Positions 1-7,180 of a stretch of DNA of 64,000 bases are shown piece after piece. The notes beneath the pieces were generated by a model, which saw nothing but the letters and a program-made list of their open reading frames with translations, searched no databases and was not told the origin of the DNA. The stretch is taken from positions 29,434-93,433 of IMG/VR virus record IMGVR_UViG_3300044556_000086; one strand, given 5' to 3'. The position numbers and the translations under genes are program-made. Position 1 is the first letter of the stretch. Each line of letters starts with the position of its first letter. This DNA comes from a virus. Taxonomy: Duplodnaviria; Caudoviricetes.

Positions 1-2
1 AG

Positions 3-227
3 GGAGTCTCTAGTTCAGATGACGAGTTAGTTACTCTATTGGACAGAAAGGCAGACCAGTGGTGTAAGTTGTATAATTTCTATGATACTAAAGGATGTTA
101 TCGTATGTCCGGGGGACATGTGGGGTATTGTCCTAGTCAGATGGGTGATGGTTGTTGTTCCACTCATCTGATTAACAAATTGAAATCTAAAGGGAGTGGT
201 TCTAATGGACGATGTCAAGACAGGTGA
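3..227 (+). CDS. Cys/His-rich mini-protein (paralog family), 5'-truncated by window edge
   Basis: Frame is open from the window start (GVSSSDDELVTLLDRK...); pattern WC-x10-C-x10-CP-x7-CC-x2-H aligns with 196..423. Confidence 0.6.
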   Translation, partial: GVSSSDDELVTLLDRKADQWCKLYNFYDTKGCYRMSGGHVGYCPSQMGDGCCSTHLINKLKSKGSGSNGRCQDR

Positions 228-423
228 ACTAATACATCTGTTAAAGGAGCAATCTTATGAGTGGTGTAGTACTTATGGGTTGAGGAAAGATAACTGGTGC
301 TATAATGTGAATCATGGTGATGTAGATTTTTGTCCAGGTAATCTTTGCAGGGGATGTGCTATAGCACATCTTTTGTCATACTTCGATAGGGAAAGGTATA
401 AAGGGAATGGAACATCTAAGTGA
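196..423 (+). CDS. Cys/His-rich mini-protein (paralog family)
   Basis: AGGGAG RBS; LLKEQSYEWC...CYNVNHGDVDFCP...C...H aligns with the upstream ORF. Confidence 0.65.
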   Translation: MVLMDDVKTGELIHLLKEQSYEWCSTYGLRKDNWCYNVNHGDVDFCPGNLCRGCAIAHLLSYFDRERYKGNGTSK

Positions 424-589
424 TATACAGAAGATTCAGTATCTTCATGAACAGCAGGTCAAAGATGATTTACATACTTGTACTAAGGTGATAAATCAGT
501 ATTGTTATGGTAGGGATTGTATGTATTGTATACTGGAAGACTTCTGTTCTCAGATACGGAGAAAGTTTAGTTGTTATCATAGGGGGTGA
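407..589 (+). CDS. small Cys-rich hypothetical protein
   Basis: Overlapping, coupled ORF with YC-x4-C-x2-C-x5-C. Confidence 0.5.
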   Translation: MEHLSDIQKIQYLHEQQVKDDLHTCTKVINQYCYGRDCMYCILEDFCSQIRRKFSCYHRG

Positions 590-831
590 AATCTATGAAG
601 CTGGTAGTACCTGAAAGGGCATTAACTGGGTTAGAAGAGAAGATATTTACTCTTATTGTTATCAAGTTACAGGGTTACTATTGCCGAAAGAAATACACGA
701 ATAAGTGTATGAGAATCAATTCTGAAGGTCGTATTCAGTTATGTCCTTTCCGTATTCCCTGGGATGTAGGGGATGGGTATGAGTGTAGTCTTTGTGTTTC
801 TCATAAGGTGGTGTCATCTAATCAACTATGA
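586..831 (+). CDS. Cys/His-rich mini-protein (paralog family)
   Basis: YC...C...CP...CSL..H pattern; start/stop overlaps with both neighbours. Confidence 0.6.
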   Translation: MKSMKLVVPERALTGLEEKIFTLIVIKLQGYYCRKKYTNKCMRINSEGRIQLCPFRIPWDVGDGYECSLCVSHKVVSSNQL

Positions 832-1049
832 AAATCTTGACGTATGAAGAAAAGCACATTGTAGGTACCTTACTCAATAAAGTAAAAATGGCCTGTTGTT
901 CTGTGTATCATAAGAATTGTGTAGATGATGCTGGTACTATCTGTCCGTTACGTTCTGAGGGTGACTCTAAGTATTGGTATTGTTCTTTGTACCATACGGA
1001 GAAGATACTTCAACTAAATGAGTACAGTGATGAAAAGAAAAAGTGGTAG
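828..1049 (+). CDS. Cys/His-rich mini-protein (paralog family)
   Basis: LLNKVKMACC...C...ICP...YCSLYH; ATGA coupling. Confidence 0.6.
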   Translation: MKILTYEEKHIVGTLLNKVKMACCSVYHKNCVDDAGTICPLRSEGDSKYWYCSLYHTEKILQLNEYSDEKKKW

Positions 1050-1061
1050 GGGTGTTTCTAA

Positions 1062-1574
1062 ATGATTGATGCAGAGCAGAAATGGAAAGAATATCAGGAA
1101 CGGATGAGAAAGCAGAAGGAAGAAGAGAAAGAGCATAGGCGTAAATCTATTCCAAAGAAAGTCCGTCAGAAAGTGTATGAAAAGTATGATGGTCATTGTG
1201 CTTATTGTGGTAAGAAGTTAGAGTATAAAGATATGCAGGTAGACCACATTCAGTGTCATTATCTGAATGGTTCTGATGAACTGGAAAACTATAACCCAGC
1301 TTGCAGACAGTGTAATTTCTATAAGGGTACTATGGATATCGAAAAGTTCCGTGAACAATTAACTAAGTTAAGGGAACGTCTTAGAAAGGTGTATATTTAC
1401 AGATTATCTATAGATTACAACTTAATCGAGGAAAAAGATAACCTTATTCAGTTCTATTTCGAGAAGGTAGGTCAACATGAAGGGAATAAGTATGTTCGTG
1501 GTAATAAAACGAATGTTAGACCCGTAACTATTACTCAGAAGGAAAAACCTGCTCCATCTGGGATAAAGAAATAA
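1062..1574 (+). CDS. HNH endonuclease
   Basis: GHCAYCG...MQVDHI...NYNPACRQCNFYK HNH motif. Confidence 0.9.
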   Translation: MIDAEQKWKEYQERMRKQKEEEKEHRRKSIPKKVRQKVYEKYDGHCAYCGKKLEYKDMQVDHIQCHYLNGSDELENYNPACRQCNFYKGTMDIEKFREQLTKLRERLRKVYIYRLSIDYNLIEEKDNLIQFYFEKVGQHEGNKYVRGNKTNVRPVTITQKEKPAPSGIKK

Positions 1575-1594
1575 TTCTATTAAGTCTATTTTTA

Positions 1595-1660
1595 GAAGGA
1601 GGAAACTTAAACAGCAACCTTCTCAAGAATCCCCCGCTTCTATAAGTGGGAGAGGTTCAA
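1595..1660 (+). mobile_element. IS200/IS605-family right-end remnant
   Basis: GAAT + hairpin CCCCCGCTT-CTAT-AAGTGGGAG + ...TTCAA end, the same architecture as the right end at 12181-12212. Confidence 0.65.
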
Positions 1661-1730
1661 TTATGAAGGGTGATAAATTTTTTTGAGTGGGGGAGGTTCA
1701 ATTATGAAGGGTATTAAATTTTTTGAGTGG
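1652..1730 (+). repeat. imperfect tandem duplication (~39 bp x2)
   Basis: GAGGTTCAATTATGAAGGGT(GA/AT)TAAATTTTTT(T)GAGTGG at 1652-1690 and 1693-1730. Confidence 0.9.
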
Positions 1731-1814
1731 TTATCTGAAAATCCAGAATGGATAGCCGTCTATCTTCTTATCATAGGGTGGGTAGTAATTGTTCTTTCAG
1801 GTAGCTTAAAGTGA
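1704..1814 (+). CDS. small membrane protein (36 aa)
   Basis: GGGAGG RBS; MKGIKFFEWLSENPEWIAVYLLIIGWVVIVLSGSLK has one hydrophobic helix. Confidence 0.5.
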   Translation: MKGIKFFEWLSENPEWIAVYLLIIGWVVIVLSGSLK

Positions 1815-2358
1815 GGAAAGGGGAGGTATACCGTGGAAAAGAAATATTTTACATCTGACGACTATTTCCATAAGTTGAAGACTGATAGGGAAACTGTCAC
1901 AGAGGAAAATCTAAATCAGTTCTATTCAGCCTGTAAACAGATAGGGTTGCAGTTCAAAGATACGGGTCAGACAGATGGACTAAACCAAGTATTATTTCTA
2001 TTAGACTGTATCGAAAAGGAAAAGAAGCTGTTAGACTTAGGGATAAACCAGTACATTTCTAAGTCCTTGATTCAGAAGTATGTAGATTCTATTTCCGATG
2101 ATGATGTGTCTATCATAGAGTTATCTAAATTTTCTAGGGTAGTACCTCTCCATATTAAAGAACGGATACAGAAATGTAAAGACATATTCGATAATATGTA
2201 CGTACTATACACGGACTACTCAGAGGATAGGTATAGGGAAATCAGAAGAGCAGATGAAAACCGTGACCCTATACTATTTGGTACTTTTGAAAAAGGTGAT
2301 CTAATCAATGAAAGGTTCTACATCATAGGTGACTGGGAAGATAAGTATTGTCATTTAA

Positions 2359-2553
2359 CCTGATTCTGCAAGAAGTCTCCCGCCTCTTTAGGCGGTGAGA
2401 TGAATTGCACTGACGTAATCCATAAAATACCGTGGGGCGCACGGGAATCTACGCCTGTGGAGAGAGTGTAAGCCGCCGTAACTCTTTGGAGTCCGTGGCG
2501 CTGTTCTCGTTGAAGCAGGAAGCTCCCGCCTCTATAGGTGGGAGTACGTTCAC
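2359..2553 (+). mobile_element. non-autonomous IS200/IS605 mini-element (left end + tnpB 3' tail/omegaRNA + right end)
   Basis: Inserted 3' of TTAA without TSD; LE hairpin CTCCCGCC-TCTTTA-GGCGGTGAG preceded by AAGT; RE GAAG+CTCCCGCCT-CTAT-AGGTGGGAG...TTCAC; GC-richer than its flanks. Confidence 0.85.
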
Positions 2554-2573
2554 CTCTTCAGAATATGATAGAT
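2425..2573 (+). ncRNA. putative stand-alone TnpB omegaRNA scaffold plus flanking guide (boundaries approximate)
   Basis: ACCGTGGGGCGCACGGGAATCTACGCCTGTGGAGA...GAAGCAGGAAGCTCC resembles the tnpB 3' end/right-end RNA. Confidence 0.5.
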
Positions 2574-2928
2574 GTCTGTAAGGATAAAGGGGTAGAGGAT
2601 ATCGTATCAGATTTAGATACTTCTTACTATAGAGAACTGGAAGGTACTCTGAAAACTCCTAATGCTTCTAAAGAACCGTGGTGGAAGAAAGTGTTAGGTT
2701 TATTATTTGGTAAGGGGTGATATTCATGAAGCCTAAGATACTAGAACCTATATTCTATAATTTCAATTCATCTAGTGGGATAGAGGAAGGGATGTCTACT
2801 TTCCTAAACTCGTCTATGATGACAATAATCATTTAGTAGCCATTGAGTATAAGGGATATCCAATTATCGGAGTGAAACCACTATGACAAATAAGGAAGCA
2901 TTTCATAAATATGGGGAGGGGTTAAGTC

Positions 2929-3234
2929 ATGAAAAAAGATTATGCTAAGAAATTTTGGGATTTGTTTGATTCTGGGGATAAAGATACATTAGAAAAAGAA
3001 TACCCTTTTTCTTTTCTAGTTTGTACTACGGGTGTAGTAGATGAAGAAGTCATTGGTTCTAGTCGGTGGTATGATTTTGTTAAATCTGTATTAAAACTCG
3101 GGGATAGGTATATGGCTGTAGAGTGGAACCGGGGTAAGACAGAGTTGCAGGATGACGATTTTGATGACGTTGAATATTATGAGGTAGTTCCGAAGGAAAA
3201 GACAATTACCGTACTGGAGTGGGTACAAAAATGA
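2929..3234 (+). CDS. hypothetical phage protein
   Basis: GGGGAGG RBS; SRW...W.RG.TE.Q...EV.PKEKTITV..W pattern common in phages. Confidence 0.7.
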   Translation: MKKDYAKKFWDLFDSGDKDTLEKEYPFSFLVCTTGVVDEEVIGSSRWYDFVKSVLKLGDRYMAVEWNRGKTELQDDDFDDVEYYEVVPKEKTITVLEWVQK

Positions 3235-3539
3235 ACCTAGATACCTTTGACTTGACAGATAAACAGATATTTCATTATACTCATACTCCATTACCTATGT
3301 GGGTACGTGGTCATAAGTTCCGTATTATGAACTCGATTATACCTAATAAGGTTAAACCTTCAAATTCTTTATTGGATAAATTCAAAGAAGAAAGGTATCA
3401 TAAACTACTAGATACCTATTGTTATCGGTGTGGGAGGAGGTTAGTGGCCTCTAAGACTATGTTATGTGACTATTGTAATCTGGAATTGACAAACCAGGTA
3501 GAGTCTGATAAGGTAAAAGATAGGTTATTTCACTATTAA
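3231..3539 (+). CDS. small Zn-ribbon protein
   Basis: CYRCG-x9-CDYC; ATGA coupling to the upstream gene. Confidence 0.6.
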   Translation: MNLDTFDLTDKQIFHYTHTPLPMWVRGHKFRIMNSIIPNKVKPSNSLLDKFKEERYHKLLDTYCYRCGRRLVASKTMLCDYCNLELTNQVESDKVKDRLFHY

Positions 3540-3555
3540 GGGGAGGTGATTTCTG

Positions 3556-4008
3556 ATGGGTTTCGATACAAATAAGGTAGATATCTACACAAGTACCTGT
3601 ACAATATACCAGTTAATTAAGTCTGGGGTATTGACTCATGAACTAGATACAGGTGACTTCTCAAGGGAACATGAGTCGTGGGATACAGTTCAAAAGAGTA
3701 GGTTCATAGAATCTATACTACTCAGGATACCCATATCTAGTATGTACTTCGATATGACTATTTACACGAAGACAATTATTCTTGATGGATACCAAAGATT
3801 ATCTGCTATAAAGTCTTTTGTAGTAGATAAAGATTTATCACTGGAAGGGTTAGAATATCTCAAAGACTTAGAAGGGTGTACGTTTGATACTTTACCTAAG
3901 AACTTGAGTAGAAGGATAGAAGAAACAAAGATACTATGTCATTCTGTTCAACCAGGTACTCCAGAGTCCATTAGTCATACGATATACTATTTACTTCATA
4001 CTATCTAG
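3556..4008 (+). CDS. DUF262 (ParB/Srx-like, GmrS-type N-terminal domain) protein, stand-alone
   Basis: W...QKSRFIESILLRIPI...ILDGYQRL motif. Confidence 0.85.
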   Translation: MGFDTNKVDIYTSTCTIYQLIKSGVLTHELDTGDFSREHESWDTVQKSRFIESILLRIPISSMYFDMTIYTKTIILDGYQRLSAIKSFVVDKDLSLEGLEYLKDLEGCTFDTLPKNLSRRIEETKILCHSVQPGTPESISHTIYYLLHTI

Positions 4009-4026
4009 TAGGGAGGGTGTTATTCC

Positions 4027-4224
4027 ATGGAGTGTTATAGAGACCGTACGTATTGTGGGAATGAATCATGTGACAAGTATAGTAGTTGTAAAGATGCCTT
4101 TCCCTATGCTGTGAAGGACGCTGAATCTCATGGGTTAGATACAAAGTACGTATCTTTTTCTGTATGTATGACTCGTGAGTGTTCTAATTATACTAAGAAC
4201 AGGGAGAACAGGGAGTTGGTATAG
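4027..4224 (+). CDS. small Cys-rich hypothetical protein
   Basis: MECYRDRTYC...C...C; RBS GGGAGG. Confidence 0.6.
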   Translation: MECYRDRTYCGNESCDKYSSCKDAFPYAVKDAESHGLDTKYVSFSVCMTRECSNYTKNRENRELV

Positions 4225-4226
4225 TT

Positions 4227-4457
4227 ATGGTAGATACGAGTAATCTGGTATCCTCATTATTGGATGCTCAGCTTGGGTATTGTGGGGAGTTCCGTAAAGA
4301 GGGTCATTGTTGTAAAGTATTAGATAACGGGGATGTTTCCTATTGTCCTATGTTGTACTATGGGGAGTTGTACAATGGGTGTACCATTCACATGAAGGAA
4401 CCTATTAACTGTAGGATAACTGATTTCATACAAGTTTTGATAGGTGGTAGTAACTAG
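4227..4457 (+). CDS. Cys/His-rich mini-protein (paralog family)
   Basis: LLDAQLGYC...CC...GDVSYCP...CTIH matches the family at 1-1050. Confidence 0.6.
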   Translation: MVDTSNLVSSLLDAQLGYCGEFRKEGHCCKVLDNGDVSYCPMLYYGELYNGCTIHMKEPINCRITDFIQVLIGGSN

Positions 4458-4480
4458 GTATCTTAAAGGGGGTATACCTA

Positions 4481-5113
4481 ATGGTAGGTACTAAAATATT
4501 CAATAGTCAGGATGTAGTAACGTACTGTTCAGATAGGGTATGGGTTGAATCATTAGTATTTATAGTGAACGATGAAGGTATTTCTTATAAAGTAAATAAT
4601 ATACGGGATGATGTTATCTTTCATTCTCAGTATACAGGGATAGGGAAAGGGAAAGGGATAAATGCTTTCATACGTAACGATAATCGTGAGGTATTGATAT
4701 TCCGATATTCTAATGCTGTGTATGATTGGTTCGTAGACTTTCTATTCAAACTATGGGAAGTCATTAAGAAACAAGGATTATCTTATTCTGGGGTTTATCA
4801 TATCTTGGAACATAATTGGTATAATGTACTGGATTATTCTGGAGAAGATAGGGAAATCAATGAGATTGCAGATATTGATATAGGAATTAATAATTTCATT
4901 GTAGCTTTCATCATTATAGGTTTATCTCCTGTATACTCTGTTAATTCTGGAATTAAACTAACTGATATGAAGGTATTCTATGGAAAGAAGTTGAAGTCTA
5001 TAGAATTCCGTAGTACAGTAACTCGTAAAGATGGAGTGACAAATTTCTATAATACTCGTAGATACATACTATCTTATGATTCTAATTCTAGGTCATATTA
5101 TTTGAAGGAATGA
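4481..5113 (+). CDS. hypothetical protein
   Basis: 210-aa ORF with RBS. Confidence 0.7.
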   Translation: MVGTKIFNSQDVVTYCSDRVWVESLVFIVNDEGISYKVNNIRDDVIFHSQYTGIGKGKGINAFIRNDNREVLIFRYSNAVYDWFVDFLFKLWEVIKKQGLSYSGVYHILEHNWYNVLDYSGEDREINEIADIDIGINNFIVAFIIIGLSPVYSVNSGIKLTDMKVFYGKKLKSIEFRSTVTRKDGVTNFYNTRRYILSYDSNSRSYYLKE

Positions 5114-5273
5114 TATCTTAGAGGGGAGGATAACTGTATGAAGTATATAGATGTTCATAGTGATGGTAGAATCGTAAGTGAAGTAATTATGGCTTTAGTT
5201 CTAATGATAGGTATGGTTCCTTTCTATATTCTGATGGGGTTGTTGAGTAAAAGAAATACTCAGTAATTATACT

Positions 5274-5300
5274 AACCTGCTCTTAGTAGCAGGTTTTTCT
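5274..5300 (+). terminator. Rho-independent terminator
   Basis: AACCTGCT-cttagt-AGCAGGTT followed by TTTCT. Confidence 0.8.
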
Positions 5301-5312
5301 CTGATTCTGTAG

Positions 5313-5345
5313 TTACTTGACATTAAGTAAAATATATGGTATACT
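5313..5345 (+). promoter_or_regulatory. sigmaA-type promoter with palindromic TTACTT-N6-AAGTAA over -35
   Basis: TTGACA(5317)-17 bp-TATACT(5340), extended TG. Confidence 0.85.
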
Positions 5346-5373
5346 CTAGGTGTAATAAGAAGGGGGTAATTAC

Positions 5374-5655
5374 ATGAGTAAACTGCAAGGTGTGTGGACT
5401 GGAAGTCTTTATCAGTTGAAGAACTTGAGGAAAGTATTCACAGAGGTAGGTACTGCTTACTATGGCAGTGAAGATGCTCTGTTTGAAGACGGCGATAACG
5501 TTTTGAATAAACCGGCCCTGATGGTTTTCTGGCTGGGTGACTTCGGGAATCAGTTCTCAGACCCGGATAATTCAGCCAGTGATACCGAGGATTCTGATAC
5601 ACTAGCCAAGAAATGTTTCCGGGCCGTAAAGAGATACAGAAAATATGTAGGGTAG
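5374..5655 (+). CDS. hypothetical protein in its own promoter-terminator unit
   Basis: RBS AGGGGG; flanked by a promoter and a terminator. Confidence 0.7.
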   Translation: MSKLQGVWTGSLYQLKNLRKVFTEVGTAYYGSEDALFEDGDNVLNKPALMVFWLGDFGNQFSDPDNSASDTEDSDTLAKKCFRAVKRYRKYVG

Positions 5656-5664
5656 AGGGGTTAC

Positions 5665-5698
5665 ATAAGGTCTGCTGTTCGTGGCAGGCCTTATTTTT
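5665..5698 (+). terminator. Rho-independent terminator
   Basis: ATAAGGTCTGC...GCAGGCCTTAT followed by TTTT. Confidence 0.75.
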
Positions 5699-5708
5699 GT
5701 ATTCATAT

Positions 5709-5741
5709 TTACTTGACATTAAGTAATTACATTGGTATAAT
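5709..5741 (+). promoter_or_regulatory. consensus sigmaA promoter with TTACTT-N6-AAGTAA palindrome
   Basis: TTGACA(5713)-17 bp-TATAAT(5736), extended TG. Confidence 0.9.
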
Positions 5742-5769
5742 ATAAGTGTAGTGAGAAGGAGGTAATATT

Positions 5770-6132
5770 ATGGGTATCTTAAATGTAGGTGTTATTGCTA
5801 GAAAGAATGAAACTGATAGTGATGTTATTCTTAGATTGACTGATTTGATGGAATTTGTAAAAACACGGGGTAAAGAATTCCATACTTACAATGATTCATT
5901 ATACTATAAGGTTCATACAGTATCCGATGGAATGGACGAAAGACTAGTAGTCATTCCTAGTGGTGAGTATCCCGCTGATACTTTCCCGTTTGATGAAGAA
6001 CATTTGAAATTGAATGTTCAAGCCGTATTGGACGAAGGAGACGTATTCTATACCGAAGGGTATGACGCTAGAAACGTCTTGGATTCTAGGAACCGGGAAT
6101 TGATGTTGTACGTATTTGAATGTTACTACTAA
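5770..6132 (+). CDS. hypothetical protein
   Basis: Strong AAGGAGGT RBS downstream of the promoter. Confidence 0.75.
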   Translation: MGILNVGVIARKNETDSDVILRLTDLMEFVKTRGKEFHTYNDSLYYKVHTVSDGMDERLVVIPSGEYPADTFPFDEEHLKLNVQAVLDEGDVFYTEGYDARNVLDSRNRELMLYVFECYY

Positions 6133-6430
6133 GGAGGTGTTTCTAGTGTTTGGAAAAGGAATGGAATTTATCACTAAGCTGGCAGAACGGTTCGAAGGTA
6201 GTACGGTACAGGTAGTCAATGAAAACTGTAAGGTATCTCCTAAAGGTACTTTCAAGATGGATTCTGATAACAAGAAATTCAATGTAGAGTTTTCTGGCTG
6301 TAAAGGAAAACGTACTAAAGGTTATACTCTGAAGGATGACGATTTACTGGTATTCTTGAATGAAGGGGTCATGGTTCTAAGAAAAGTACACGGTAAGGAT
6401 ATACTAAAGTATATCATTGTAGGTGCTTGA
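6116..6430 (+). CDS. hypothetical protein (true start probably ~6146)
   Basis: AAGGAGGT RBS at ~6131; followed by a hairpin at 6446-6477. Confidence 0.65.
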   Translation: MNVTTKEVFLVFGKGMEFITKLAERFEGSTVQVVNENCKVSPKGTFKMDSDNKKFNVEFSGCKGKRTKGYTLKDDDLLVFLNEGVMVLRKVHGKDILKYIIVGA

Positions 6431-6514
6431 TTATTTAACTAGAAAGGGTATCCGGGGGTAGACTCTTCTGGATACCCGTATATTTGTATATGTTTTTAGA
6501 AGGGGGTTAAATAC

Positions 6515-6979
6515 ATGGGAAAAATGCATAAGTACGTCAAGATAGAGCCAGTAATGGCCTATCAGGTGGATAAAGAAGAAACAGTACATACACTATATGG
6601 TGAAGCTACAGCTAGTAAAGGGGATTATGTCATTGAAGGGGCTTTTCATGAACTGTACCCTTGTAAGAAAGGGGTATTTGAGAGTACCTACTGTAAAGTA
6701 AGTGATGAAGAGTATGGTTTCAGTTTCAGTGAAGCTTTGTATGCCATTAAGGCCGGGTCTAAGTGTGCTAGACGTGGTTGGAATGGGAAGAAGCAGTACA
6801 TTGAACTAGCTAGGGATATCAGTTATGTAAACTCTGATGATAAGGTCATTAATGCTGACCATAAAGCCATAGGGAATTGTGCTATAGCTTTTGTAGGAAC
6901 TTCTGGGGTTCAGATTGGTTGGTTAGCTAGTCAGGCTGATATGCTAGCTGATGACTGGTATGTGGTGGATTTATTATAA
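6515..6979 (+). CDS. two-domain protein: N-terminal TLxG..GDY..YPC domain + DUF2829 (Tad2-like anti-defence sponge)
   Basis: FSEALYAIKAG..CARRGWNGK...W.ASQADMLADDW is the DUF2829 signature. Confidence 0.75.
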   Translation: MGKMHKYVKIEPVMAYQVDKEETVHTLYGEATASKGDYVIEGAFHELYPCKKGVFESTYCKVSDEEYGFSFSEALYAIKAGSKCARRGWNGKKQYIELARDISYVNSDDKVINADHKAIGNCAIAFVGTSGVQIGWLASQADMLADDWYVVDLL

Positions 6980-6996
6980 GCAGGAGGTATACTACT

Positions 6997-7179
6997 ATGT
7001 ATGAACGGATACGGAAACGCTATTGTAAAAAAATCATGGAAGCTGATAATATTGAAGCAGCCAATATGATTTTGGCTTTACTTAATATTGAAGATGAGGT
7101 GGATATAACTAAACCCATATCTGAAGAAGATATGGAAAATCTGTTGGATTGGGATGAAAGCCTAGAAGGGATGTACTGA
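6997..7179 (+). CDS. small acidic hypothetical protein
   Basis: AGGAGGT RBS. Confidence 0.6.
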   Translation: MYERIRKRYCKKIMEADNIEAANMILALLNIEDEVDITKPISEEDMENLLDWDESLEGMY

Positions 7180-7180
7180 G

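Larger units (their letters stand above)
1833..2720 (+). pseudogene. conserved phage hypothetical gene interrupted by a 195-bp IS200/IS605 derivative
   Basis: Removing 2359-2553 fuses ...IGDWEDKYCHL-T-LQNMIDVC... in frame (ORFs 1833..2363 and 2538..2720). Confidence 0.8.

Noticed and set aside
2359-2553. IStron (group I intron-IS hybrid)
   Set aside because: It is too short, and no group I core elements are recognisable beyond the IS ends and omegaRNA-like tail.
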